Below are positions 27,300-39,380 of a stretch of DNA of 64,000 nt, piece after piece. The position numbers and the translations under genes were made by a program. Under the pieces are notes generated by a model, which had not been told where the DNA came from, made no database searches, and worked only from the letters and a program-made list of their open reading frames with translations. The DNA is taken from contig CM075977.1 of the NCBI GenBank assembly GCA_038087875.1, positions 124,558,001 through 124,622,000 on the forward strand, given 5' to 3'. Numbering within the stretch: the stretch's first letter is position 1; every line of letters begins with the position of its first letter. This DNA comes from Malacoraja senta. Lineage: Eukaryota.

Positions 27300-27790
27300 C
27301 ATCAGTCACATCTTCACCCCACCCATTTTTGCAAGTACCATTCTATCCGTGACTCCCAACTTCGCTTGTCCCTACCCAGCCACCCCATCCATCCCTGACA
27401 CTTTCTCCTACAACCGTAGGAGGTGGAACACTTGTCCTTGTAGCTCCCCCTTCCCCTCCATCATCCAGGGACCCAAACAACCCTAACCAGGCCAGACAAA
27501 GAGTCAAATAAAACCTCCTCCATTCTTGTCTCTTCCCCTCCACCACCACATCACCCAGTTGCATTCACCTCCCCCATCTGGTCCCATCTGCCCATCATTT
27601 CATCATCTGGTTCCAACTATCGCCTGCCAGCAACTGTCTCACACATCCATCTCACCTCTTTATATTGCTATCTCTCCTCTGCATTCTCAGGATTGATGGA
27701 GGGCCTCGACATAAAAGGTTGACTGTTCCTTTAACTCCACAAATTCTGCCTGACCACTGAGCAGTTAGTTTTTAGGTCCAGCTTCTAGTA
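27300..27790 (+). mobile_element. Older degenerate Penelope fragment
   Basis: Resembles 26470-26620 (catccagggacccaaaca); degenerate tail at 27690-27765. Confidence 0.55.
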
Positions 27791-28599
27791 CTCGCAGTCT
27801 CTCTGATAACCTCCTATTAGGTGGTTCAAAGATACTCTCCTATTAGGATACACCTAACAAATTCTTCCCCATCTAAGACATTACCCCATGTAAGTCCTGG
27901 TCAATATTGGGGAAGTTAAAGTAGCCCTTGACAACCCTCTTATTTTTTCATCTTTCCGTAATGTCGTTACATATCTGTTTCACTATCTCCCACTGGCTAC
28001 AGGGGAGTCTGTAGTACAATCCACATTGATTGATTGTGCCCTTCTTATTTTTGTGCTCTACCCACATTGCCTCAGCGGATAAATCCTCCATTGTGTCCTC
28101 TGAGTGCCACCATGACATTCACCTCAATTAGAAGAATTCTCCTCCACCTCTTTTATCTCCCTCTCAAACACATTTATATCAAAACTCTGAAACATTGACC
28201 TGTCAGTTGTGTTCCTCTCACAACCAAGTCTTGTTAATGACCACAACGCCTAGGCACTGATCCAGGCTCTAAGTTCATTTGTTCTATGCACTATACTCAT
28301 TGCATTGAAGTAAACACACTTCAGCCCATCAGTTTTACCATACTTCTCCCTGGCTGTCTTTCCAAGATATATGGATAGGAAAGGTTGAGGGCGATGGGTG
28401 GCATGCAACCTAATGGAACTAGCCCAATATGCCAACTTGGTCAGCATATTCAGGGTGGGCCGAATGGCCTGTTTCCATGCTGTACACTCCAGGAGCTTAA
28501 CGATGTGATGTCAGATTATATGTGAACCTGAGAAAATCTTCACATACATAAACCTGCTGCATAAGATACCAATAAAAATATTTTTTTTAAATCACCAAC

Positions 28600-28800
28600 C
28601 TCCATTCCATATCCAAGTCTTCACTTACGCTGGAATCATCTTCAAAATTGTTACTATCATTCAGAATTAAAAGTCCTGAATGCCCAAGATGACCTAGTCC
28701 TTCAGTCTCATCAGTGCTGCTGCTGCTGCTACTAGTGCTATCGCTTTCTTCATTAAATGCCACCCAGGGAATCTCTCCTTCCTCCAAACAGGTTGGTTCT
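28600..28800 (-). CDS. PJA2: PJA2 exon (201 nt; 204 nt with the upstream NAGNAG acceptor)
   Basis: EPTCLEEGEIPW...NNFEDDSSVSEDLDMEW. Acceptor tttcagcag, donor AG|GTTGGT. Confidence 0.92.
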
Positions 28801-29129
28801 CTGCTGAAATAAAATAAAGTTTAAGAACATAAACAGAAAGAGGAGGCCTTAAAAAGGATAGAACAGTGCCGCACAGGAACAGATCCTTCAGCCTAATATT
28901 AACAGGAATTTCCTTAGTGCCAGATGTATTTAGAACATAAAACATAGAACAGTACACTGTTAATACAAAATTCTCCAAATTCACCAGCATGATAGATCAA
29001 TGTAGTCACACAAGTATGGAGTTATCTTAAATTAATACTTCCCATCTGCATTTAACTTGGAGTAGATCATGGAAACTAAGGATTTACGATAAATTTATAG
29101 CAATGTCTTGGAATATATCTGCATTACCA

Positions 29130-30300
29130 AACAGGAGGTGCGAGTGGTCTTTAAGCATGTTAAGATGGATAAATTTCCAGAACTTGATCAAATATATCTT
29201 GAAACTTTAGGAAGCTGGGGGATGAAATACTGGGGCCCTGGCAAAGATATCTGCATCATCTTTTGTCACAAGTGAGGTACCAGAAGACTGGAGGATGTCT
29301 AATGTTGTGCCTTTATTTTGCGACTGCATGGTTAAGCCAGGGAACTATACGCTGGTAAGCCCGACATCAGCTTTGGGAATGTTATAGGTGCAGATTCTGA
29401 GGGAAATGATCTTCTAGGACTGAATAAGGATAGTAAGCAGGAGAAACCATCACTCACCAATTTGCTTTGGGACTTTTTGAAGAGGCGACAATGAGGATTG
29501 ACGAGGGAAGGTAGTAGAGGTTGGCTACATGGACGTGAGCAACGCCTTTTATAAGGTCCCGCACAGTTGTCTAATACGGAAGGCAAGATCACTTGGCATC
29601 CAGGGTATGGTGACAAATTGGTTACAAAATTGGAGTGATAGTAGGAATCAGAGGGTGGTAGTGGAGGGTTGCTATTCAGATTGGAGGCCTGTGACCAGTG
29701 GTGTGCCACTGGGTTCGGTGTTGGGTCCACCGCTGTTTGACACCTCTATTAACAATTTGGATGAGGATGTAGATAAAATGATTACAAAGTTTGCAGATGG
29801 CACTAAAATTGGTGGTCTTGGACAGTGAAGGTTATCCAAGATTACAACAGGAACAAGATGAAATGGTGAAGTTAGCCAAGAATGGCAGATAGAATTTAAT
29901 TCTGATGAGAGCAAGGTGTTGCACTTTGCTAAGTTAAACTAGGGCAGGATTTACACAGTACATGGAAGGGCCCTGGAGAATGTTGTAGAACAGAGACACC
30001 TAGGGGGTACAGGTACATAGCTCTCTGAAAATGGCAACATAGACAAGGCAGGAAGGCGGCACTTAAAATGCGTTTTGTTTTTAATTGGTCAGAACATTGG
30101 GTACATGGATTGGGTCCTCATGTTACAACTATACAAATTGTTGATGAGACTACACTTGGAATATTGTGTGGCTTTCTGGTCACCCATACAGGAAGGATGT
30201 CATTAAGCTGGGAAGGATGCAGAAAAGATTTATGAGATTCATGAGATTGTAACCGTGCATGGAAGGTGTGAATTACAAGGAGAGACTGGATAGGCTGGAC
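29130..30300 (+). mobile_element. Old CR1 RT fragment
   Basis: MDVSNAFYKVPH, GVPLGSVLGP, KFADGTK. Confidence 0.8.
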
Positions 30301-30552
30301 TTCCTCCTCGATAACAATCAACACAGGAGCACCTCAAGGCCGTGTACTCAGTCCCCTGTTCTACTTCCTCTGCACCCATGTGCAGCTCAAATGCCATAGT
30401 TAAATTCGCCTATTATACCACTGCTGTTGGACGAATAACAATGTATCAGAGTACAGGAGTGAGATTGAAAGTGAGAGTGAGAACAAACTTGCTCAGCAAG
30501 ACAAAGAAAATTATTGACTTCAGGAGGGTAAAGCCAGGGATCCACGAGCCAG

Positions 30553-32880
30553 GGATCTTTATAAAAGCTGGGGATTTCAACCAGGCAAGACTAAAGACTG
30601 TCCTCCCTAAATTCTATCAACATGTGCAATGCCCCACAAGAGGTAAAAACATACTGGACCATGTTTATAGCAACATCAAACATGGGTACAAAGCACCGCC
30701 TCTCCCCCATCTGGGCCAATCTGACCACATCTCTCTATTTTTAACTCCAGCACATAGACCACTCATCAATACGGTCAAACCAGCTGCTAGGGACATTCGA
30801 GTGTGGCCTGAGGGAGCTTCTGGGCAATTACAGGACTGCTTTAACCGAACCGACTGGGACTTGTTTGAGGAAGAGGACATTGACACCTACACCTCCACTG
30901 TGCTTTTTACATAAAAAGCTGTGTAGACAATGTCACTAACACTAAACGTATCCGTATCCCTCCCAACAACAAACCACGGATGACCAAAGGCGTCAGACTC
31001 CTTTTAAAAGCCCGCAATATGGCTTTTTGGGCCAGCAACACCGAGCTGTATAGTGTGGCCAGGTCCGACCTGAAGAGGGGCATCAGGAACGCCAAAGCAG
31101 CCTATAAGAGAAGATCGAGAGACACTTCAACAACTCAGACTCCCGTCGCGTATGGCAAGGTAGACGGCACATCACAAACTACAAAAACGATACCAACTCA
31201 TCCACCAACAACAGTGCCTCGCTGGCAGAACAGCTCAACCACTTCTTTGGCCGCCATGAGAGGAGAGAGACGGTCATGCCCACTACTCCAGCTCCAACAG
31301 CTAGTCACTCATCATACGTCTGTGTGACGCTGATGTCACACACACACTCCGGAATGTTAACATACGGAAGGCAGCCGGTCCGGATGGAGTCCCAGGATGG
31401 GTTCTCAGAGACTGTGCTGTTGAGTTAACTGACGTATTTACAAATATTTTCAATCAATCCCTGGCACAATGCATGGTCCCACATGTCTAAAAACATCGGA
31501 AATAGTGCCAGTTCCGAAGCAGACATCCATAACCTGCCTCAACAACTACAGGCCGGTTGCACTAACACCAATAATTATGAAGTGCCTGGAAAGATTGGTC
31601 CTGAGCACATCAAGGCTGCTCTCCCATCAACCCTGGATTCACACCAATATGCGTACAGAGCCAACAGATCAACAGACGATGCCATTGCCCTCCATACTGT
31701 ACTGCTCCACCTAGAACAACGGGGAGCATACGCACGACTGGTATTTGTGGATTACAGCTCTGCATTCAACACAATTGTCGTACCTAGTAGACTGGTCTCC
31801 AAGCTGTCCGACCTAGGCTTCAAACACATCTGCCTATGGATTAAAGACTTCCTTACGGACCGGCCGCAGTCAGTCAGGATGGGACCCCACCACTCCCCCA
31901 CTCTGACACTCAACACAGGAGCTCCACAAGACTGTGTGCTAAGCCCCCTCCTCTGCTCCCTCTATTGCTATGACTACATACCGACCCACAGCACGAACAC
32001 CATCATAAAATTTGCAGACGACACGACACTGGGGGCGATGAGTCAGCTTACAGGGAGGAGGTACAGAGGTTAATAGGCTGGTGCTCAGAGAACAACTTAG
32101 CACTCAATATAAAAAAAAAAGAGCTCATCATTGACCAGGAAGAAGCAGGGTGACCATTCTCCACTGCACATAAATGGAGAAAGAGTGGACAGAGTCTCCA
32201 GACTCAGGTTCCTGGGCAACCACGCTCAGCAGATCTCGGGTGGTCAACTAATACGCACTCCATGGTAAAGAAGGCACAACAACGGCTTTACTTCCTAAGA
32301 TCACTCAGGAAAGTCAACTTGCCACAACAGCTGCTAGTGTCATTCTACCGTTGCACCACAGAGAGTGTCCTGACACATGGCATCCTGGTATGGTATGGCA
32401 ACAGTTCTGCGGCTGACAAGAAGGCTCTGCAGAGAGTCATCAATACAGCTCAGAAGATCACCAACACACACCTGCCTGCCCGGGAAGAGATCTATAGCTT
32501 TCGTTGCCTGCGGATGGCATCACGCATACTAAAGGTCTTGCCTCATCCCACACATAACTTGTTTGTCCTTCTGCCCTCAGGAAAGCGTTACAGGTCCATC
32601 AAATCACACACCACAAGATTAACGAACAGTTTCCACCCCAAGGCCATCACCACTCTGAACTCTGCACTGAACACACAGCCCCCATAGCCAATATTTTGTA
32701 CTGCCACAACACTATACTGTGAAATATTGCGCATTATGACTTGCCATTTTCTTGCCGTTCTCGTTATTCGTTATTATTTATCTGATATGTTGGAGCTCCG
32801 CTCGGGCAGTGCGCCTGAAATTTCGTTGTATGTATTTACAATGACAATAAAGTGTATTATTATTATTACTATTATTAATA
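30553..32880 (+). mobile_element. Rex1/Babar LINE (APE plus RT, frameshifted) nested in an older Rex fragment (30300-30552 and 32881-33500)
   Basis: AGDFNQA, HLGQSDH, FVDYSSAFNT, GAPQDCVLSP, KFADDTT; (att)n tail at 32855-32880. Confidence 0.88.
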
Positions 32881-34244
32881 TTACCTGGCTTTATCAAATG
32901 GTACAGTAGAGGAAAGAGTCAACAACTTCAAGATCTTGGGTGTGCATATCTCTGAAGGTCTGTTCTGGGCCCAGTACATTGATGCAATCACAAAGAAAGC
33001 TCATCATGCCTCTTCTCCCTCAAGGGAGTGAGGAGACTCGGTACGTCTCCAAATTCTCCAGTGAACCTCTACAAGTATACTGTAGAGAGCATACTGACTG
33101 GTTGCATCATGCCCTTCGTCAGCAATTCAAACCTGCCAGGAATGAAAGACTACAGAGAGTGGTGGTGGAGAGTGGTAGACATTGCTCACTCAATCACAGG
33201 TCATGACCTGTGCTGAAAATCATGATCTCTAGGTTCAAGAACAGCTTCTTGCCAGCGACCATCAGGTTTTTGAACATTACAACACTAATCTGAGCAACTC
33301 TGAACTTATGTTCTGTGTCTTTGGTAGCACTACAGACTTCGGATTTTGCACTATTATTATGGTTACCTAGTATTATGGTTATTAATTCATGTTACTTTTG
33401 ATTGTTGTACACCATCGCTATGTTATTGCATTTACGGACAAGTTTAGCTGCAGCAAGAAATTTCTTAATTCTATTCTTGGTACCTAGGACAATTAAACAC
33501 TCGAGTTTTTTTTCACACTAGTTTTCATCTTTCACCCTAATAGTCTCCATATCCAACACATTATTCGACATTTCCATCACCTCCAATATAAACTCATCAC
33601 CAGTACCCATTCCCATCCCAAGTGACTAGTACGGAGCGCATTATGTGATTGGACGGGACACCCTTAGCGACAGCGGCTGATTGGACGGCAAAACAAAAAT
33701 CGGAATTCCGAATTAAATCGGAAGAATATCATGCCTGCTCCTCTCCTGCCAGTCAGCGCCATGCAGATTGGTCTCTTTTCCAGTCACACCACAGGACGGT
33801 CTGCCCCTTCCTGCGCCATCGCGTCTTTACTGGAGCCGAGGATGGCCGGCGGAGGTCTGCAAACAGACACGATTTTCGGAGGGACTGGAAGTGGCCCAGT
33901 GCGGGAGATGTTTGCAAATGGAAAGCGGAGAATCTGATCCCAGCGCCCACTGTGAGTCCCAAACGCACCGCCATCACAACGCCCCACAGCTCCAGCCCCT
34001 TCCCCTCTGATCCCCCTCGCTGGCTCCTGCCCCCCTCCCTCGCGATACCTCCCTCTCCCCGATGGCTCTTCCCCCATATTTTATCCAAGCTCTCCCCCCC
34101 ACCTCCCACCCGCCAGCACGGCCGTAGCTGCTGGTACTTCCGGACCAAGCCGAGGATCTGCGCCTACGGCTAATGCTACTCCGGGGCACGCAAGAAGGGA
34201 GAGGAGCACAGCCGTATGGAGCGCGTGACATCATTTGAAGTTGG

Positions 34245-34418
34245 ACACAAAGCTGGAGTAACTCAGCAGGACCGGCAGCATCTCTGGAGAGAAGGAATGG
34301 GTGACGTTTCATGTCGAGACTCTTCTTCAGTCTGAAAAGAAGGGTCTTGACCCGAAACGTCATCCATTGCTTCTCTCCAGAGATGCCGCCAGTCCCGCTG
34401 AGTTACTCCTGCATTTTG
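34245..34418. repeat. Head-to-head palindrome of two Penelope hammerhead tails
   Basis: ~85-bp arms centred on ttcag-t-ctgaa (34326-34336); a hammerhead-like core on each strand. Confidence 0.8.
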
Positions 34419-34496
34419 GATCTATCTTTAATTTTCTTGGCCCCACTCTGGGAGTAGAAGTGGGGGCGGTGAGACGTTGCGTCGCGCCAGGGTGTT

Positions 34497-35220
34497 GGGC
34501 CTGTCCCACTTTGGCCATCAGTTCCGCGACAGGCCGTTGGCGCGCGAAGATTTCCTTTGCTACAAAAATTTCGGAGCCCCGCGCGATGAATTGAATTGAA
34601 TTGAATTAGACTTTATTAATTTCCTTATTCAGGGGAAATTCAGATGTCCTTGCAGCACACTAATAAAATACAACATAGTATTAAAAAGAAGTTCAACACC
34701 AAAACATCCCCCCACAGTGCTTCCCACTGTGGGGGAAGGCACAAAGTCCAGTCCCCATCCTCTTGTCCACCCAGAGTCGGGCCCACTGAGGCCTCCACAG
34801 TCGCCGCCACGGCGCCCGATGTTCTCACCGGGTGATGGTACTCCGGCATCGGGAAAACCCCCAGCGGCTTGGGGTGCCAGGAACGACCACCTTCCCACCG
34901 AAGACCGCGGCTTCCAAGTCAACAGACCGCGCCGGACGGAGCTCCACACACTGGCAATCTCAGCAAGAGATCCCAGGCTCCGGGATGTACCGTTCAGCGT
35001 CGCAGCTGGCCGCTCCACAGAACCGCTGCTCCACGATGTTCTCATCGGCGGTCCCAGCATACTGGAGTTCCAGCGCGGCGACCCAGGAAAGGAATCGCCC
35101 GCTCCACGACAGCGCACAACTCCATACCCCTCCGCGTTTCTCACTGGGACCGGCCCCGCGCGGCCACACAATGCCCGTGCGTAATTTGCGTGCCAAGGAC
35201 ACGTAAGTGGGACAGGCCCT
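34497..35220. mobile_element. Harbinger-type MITE interrupted by a minus-strand LINE 3' end
   Basis: TIRs gggcctgtcccactt / aagtgggacaggccc followed by TTA; same right TIR at 2300-2317; (gaatt)n tail at 34588-34607. Confidence 0.6.
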
Positions 35221-35300
35221 TTAGTCTAGTAAGTATTAACTTTCATTTCTGAAAAGGTAGAATTGAATAGCAGAAAAGATAAGATAACTGTTTTACATAC

Positions 35301-35486
35301 CCTACAGTAAAGCAATGCTTCAAGGCTTCTTCATCCAAGCTGCTACTAATGCTGTTTGGTTCAGTTGGCTGTTCTTCAACTCCTGATAAGGTTTCCCAGC
35401 TTTCATCACTAGAGTGCATTTTTTCTAAGACAAAATCAGAGGTCCATATTGCTGACCACTCCTCACCACTGCTTAAAGAGCTGCTT
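35301..35486 (-). CDS. PJA2: PJA2 exon (186 nt)
   Basis: SSSLSSGEEWSAIW...HSSDESWETLSG, matching the praja SSDESWETL motif. Acceptor aaag|A, donor GG|GTATGT. Confidence 0.9.
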
Positions 35487-35815
35487 CTTTCGGATGCATA
35501 TGCAGAGAGGGGACAGAGACAAAGTAGTAAATTAGTGCCATGAAATACGTGCCAAATATATATTGTTCATTTTTAATTTTGTGCATAACAAAAGCTTGTA
35601 TCTTGCACTATGTTTTTAAAACAAGTAACTTTTTTTTGTATTTTCAAATGACAAAATCACAATTATAAATCCATTCGATAAACAATAGTACAAAAATTAG
35701 GCATCACCGTCTGGAAGATACAGGAATCAAGCCCAGCAAATGTATTAATGATCAAATGCAGTTATAAATCTGCTAACATTTCTTCAGCAAAGCATTGATT
35801 CAAATGTTTTTTTAC

Positions 35816-36875
35816 CTCTCTTCCCCAATATTGCAACCATTTTCAAATTCATCCCAGAAGCTGTTTTCTGCTATGGTATTACCAGGATTTTCTTGTTGGT
35901 TGGTAGCCTGTTCCTTATTAATGCCAGTAGTTCCTTTGACATTAGATTCAGAATCGATTTTTGAATCGTTATGGATTTTATCCATGCAATTCCACAAGGC
36001 AAAATTTGATCCACAACATTCAATGTTACCCGTCATTTCCTTCATACAATGGCCATAACGCTCATCAGGCGAGTGCAGATCCCTTTTGGAATGAGTGTCA
36101 GGTCTCTCCTTTCTAACTTTTGGCCTTACTACCATTTCCGAGGAGCTTGGTTGATCTGTCATGCAACAGAATATATTTCCTTCAGTTTGAACACTCAATG
36201 AGCTCTTATCACGATTCCTTTCTCTTCTCTCTTTAATTTCCTCCATCTTGACATAGCCATTAATTTCTTGCACATTTTCTGATGTTGGTGAAGTGTTCTG
36301 ATGCTCTTTCAATTCACTTTGATGTGCTTTAACGGCATTGTCCACATTGGACAAAGTATCCATTGCCACAGAACATGGCGGCTCAATCTGCTGGTTGCTA
36401 CCATCATGGATTACAGCTGAGAGGTAGGACTGCAGCCCATTAAGATAATCAACACCTTTTTCTAACTCTGAAAGCATTGTGTCCAATCTTTTCTGAAGTT
36501 TTCCTTCTTTTTGTAAGGACAAATGAGTAGCTGAATCCTCATCCTCTCCTTCACTGCTTTCTGGTTCATATGAATCCATCTTTACAAGACCAATGCCAGC
36601 CTGACTTCTGGAGGTAGTCTCAAAAAAATTACTAGGAATCGACCACTTGGGGGTTTCTGTATTTTGGATATCTAAATAATTGCCTAATGGTTCTTTAGGA
36701 TTAGGTAAAACAAATTCATTGGACTCGCATTGAAAAAGTCTTTGATTCAGAGGTGATGACAAAAATCTATTCTCCTTTTGAGGCTCAAAATCCACATCTC
36801 TTTTGGGATCCATAGTTTGGTCATATCCAGTGCATTGTGAAAGCAACTCATTTGTTGATAAGATTCCACTGGCAG
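35816..36875 (-). CDS. PJA2: PJA2 large internal exon (1060 nt)
   Basis: 344-aa ORF with MDSYEPESSEGEDE, MVVRPKVRK and NSFWDEFE praja-like motifs. Acceptor ttcatag|CT, donor AG|GTAAAA; phase 1 to phase 2. Confidence 0.9.
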
Positions 36876-37497
36876 CTATGAAGAAGGGAGGAAAAAAAAC
36901 TTAAATCTCATGTACTTTGAAATAGACCTCAAAAAATACAATCTCCATTACATGCTGAGGCAACTTGATTTGTTTTAAATGAATGCTAAAATAATCAGAG
37001 AACATATTTTTATCAGTTAAAATGCAATACTGTACAAATATTAAATAACCTTTGCCCTATATCTCTGGAACGGAACACTGAATTTTCAGGTTTAGGGTTA
37101 ACTTAAATTTTACACGATAGATGCCACACCACAAAGATAATAGTTCTGGGTGTACAAATTCACACCGAAAGTCCAATAGATGGTACACCAGCATGCCACT
37201 TTCCACTGTGCCTCATCATGTATGTTTTTGTGGCCTGCAAGTTGCCATTCCTAGCCATGCCCATTTCTGTACCAATGGTCCAATGTGGTGTGTACAAAAA
37301 TGTTACTTGTCATCTACCCTATTTGTCTAGGATCATTCCAAAATTAGTTTTTGTAGTTTCAAATCAGTTCCGAGCAGCCATGATCCAAACACAATATAGT
37401 TTGTCAATTCGGGAACTGAATTAAATAAAAAGTGCCTTATACACTGCTGTTCAGATATCTCTTGACCCAAATGTTGTTCCTTGTGTTGACTATTTCC

Positions 37498-37785
37498 TTT
37501 CTTTTAAAATCTTTTTATTTTTTTCAAAAACAAAAACAAAACAAAAATAAAATGATAAACATAACAATGATATTGATGCATAGGGATCAGGATTACATTA
37601 ATAACAGGTATAACCTAAATACGAGTCCAGTGTCAAAATACACATTGAGTATAGACCTCCCAGTCTCTATGTAAATATAGTTAAGTGTTTAAAAGATAAC
37701 TTGTATATATAAAAACAAAAAGATAAAAAGAAAAAAAAAGAGAAAAAAGAGAAAAACAAAACCCCCTAAACTAAACTAGTTTAGG
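37498..37785 (-). mobile_element. L1/Tx1-like 3' end insertion with 15-bp TSD
   Basis: gtgttgactatttcc at 37483-37497 and 37786-37800; T-rich tail with AATAAA on the minus strand. Confidence 0.75.
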
Positions 37786-38859
37786 GTGTTGACTATTTCC
37801 AAGCATTTTCTTTTGAATACTGAGAGTTTTGCCACTCATGGTAAAATCAGGCTTTTAAAAATTTGAATTTGATGCTATAATACATTTCGGGACATAGCAG
37901 AGATGACTTTATCTGATTATGCCTGGGAGTACTTCATTTATACACTACGTACTTGACATGGAAAGAAGGCACAGAGAAAATTACTATGAATGGTCAAGTA
38001 TTCACATGGTTTCAGAGACTTGAAAATGCTAACAAACAAGATAGATTTGGAGGAACAAAATTGAGCATATTTGGAATTTCAAAAGATTTGCTTAGATGCC
38101 TTACAAATGGCAAAAATATAAAATAAGGGGTGATATGATACAGGAGTAATATTTCATCTTGAATGGAGCAGGAAAATCTATGAATAAACACATTTTCAGA
38201 TTGCATTTTGTTGCTAATATGGTATCACAAAGAGCACCAATAGGTCCCTCAGCTGAATGCAATTGATAGTAAAACTTGAAAAATCCTCACAACTTCGTTG
38301 GTGTTAGTTTGCAGTTCTGGCCGATGAACGGCTGGATATTACTCCTATTTCTATCCCAACATAATTTTAATTCATCTTTGTTTTCGTTTTTAAGTAGTCG
38401 TATAAATAAGTACTAATAGTAGTATAATTAAATTTCCAATGAACCTGGGCAAGGTTAAAGGGGTCATAGAAACCAGGGCCCTTGTAAGCTGGATGCTTAC
38501 ACATTAAAAGTTTGAATACTTGATCCAAAAGTAATACGGCCAACCTTCTACATACAACATTCCTGTAGACTGTGCAGGTTTACAAATTGCACCACTTTTA
38601 CCAATTACTCTCACATTCAAAACCATTCGACCCCCAACCCATTGAAGATTGCTTAGAAACCAGAAATCCATAATGTTTAAGGATGTAGATGGTAATGAAC
38701 TTTCACTTGGCTTTGATGAAATGTTAAATTTTAGAGTACTCAAGTGACACTAATTATTTCAAATACGCAACTATATTTCTCATAACTATTAAATCTGAAT
38801 TATATGATTAAAAAAGTTTAATATTACTGAATGTTGTTATAAATCTTTTGAAGAATTAT

Positions 38860-39380
38860 AGAACATAAAACAGTACAGCACAGGAAAGGGGCCCTTCGGT
38901 CCACAATGTTTGTTAGAACTGATTTTATCTGCCTGCACATGATCCATATCCCTCTATTCCGTGCACCTTTGTGCCTATCTAAATGCCTTTTAAAAGCCAC
39001 CATATTTGCCTCCACCACCACCCTTGGCAATGCATTCCTGGCCCCAATCGCCCTCTGTGTAAAAAAAACTTGTTCCACACATCTCCATTAAACTTTCCCC
39101 CTCTTACCGTTGGTGTTGGACATTTCCACCCTGGAGAAAAGGTACTGACGGTTTACCCTATCGATGCCTCTCATAGTTTTATACACTTCTATCAAGTCTC
39201 CTCAACCTCCGATGCTCCAGTGAAAACAATCAGTCTATCCAACCTCTCCCTGTAGCTGAAAGCCTCTAATCGCATTCTTGTAAACCTCCTCTGCACCCTC
39301 TCCAAAGCTTCTACATCTCTCCTGTAATGAGGCAACCAGAATAGCACACAACACTAAAACACGGTCTAACCAAAGTCCTA
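38860..39380 (-). mobile_element. CR1 3' fragment
   Basis: FFTQRAIGARNALPRVVVEA. Confidence 0.75.
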
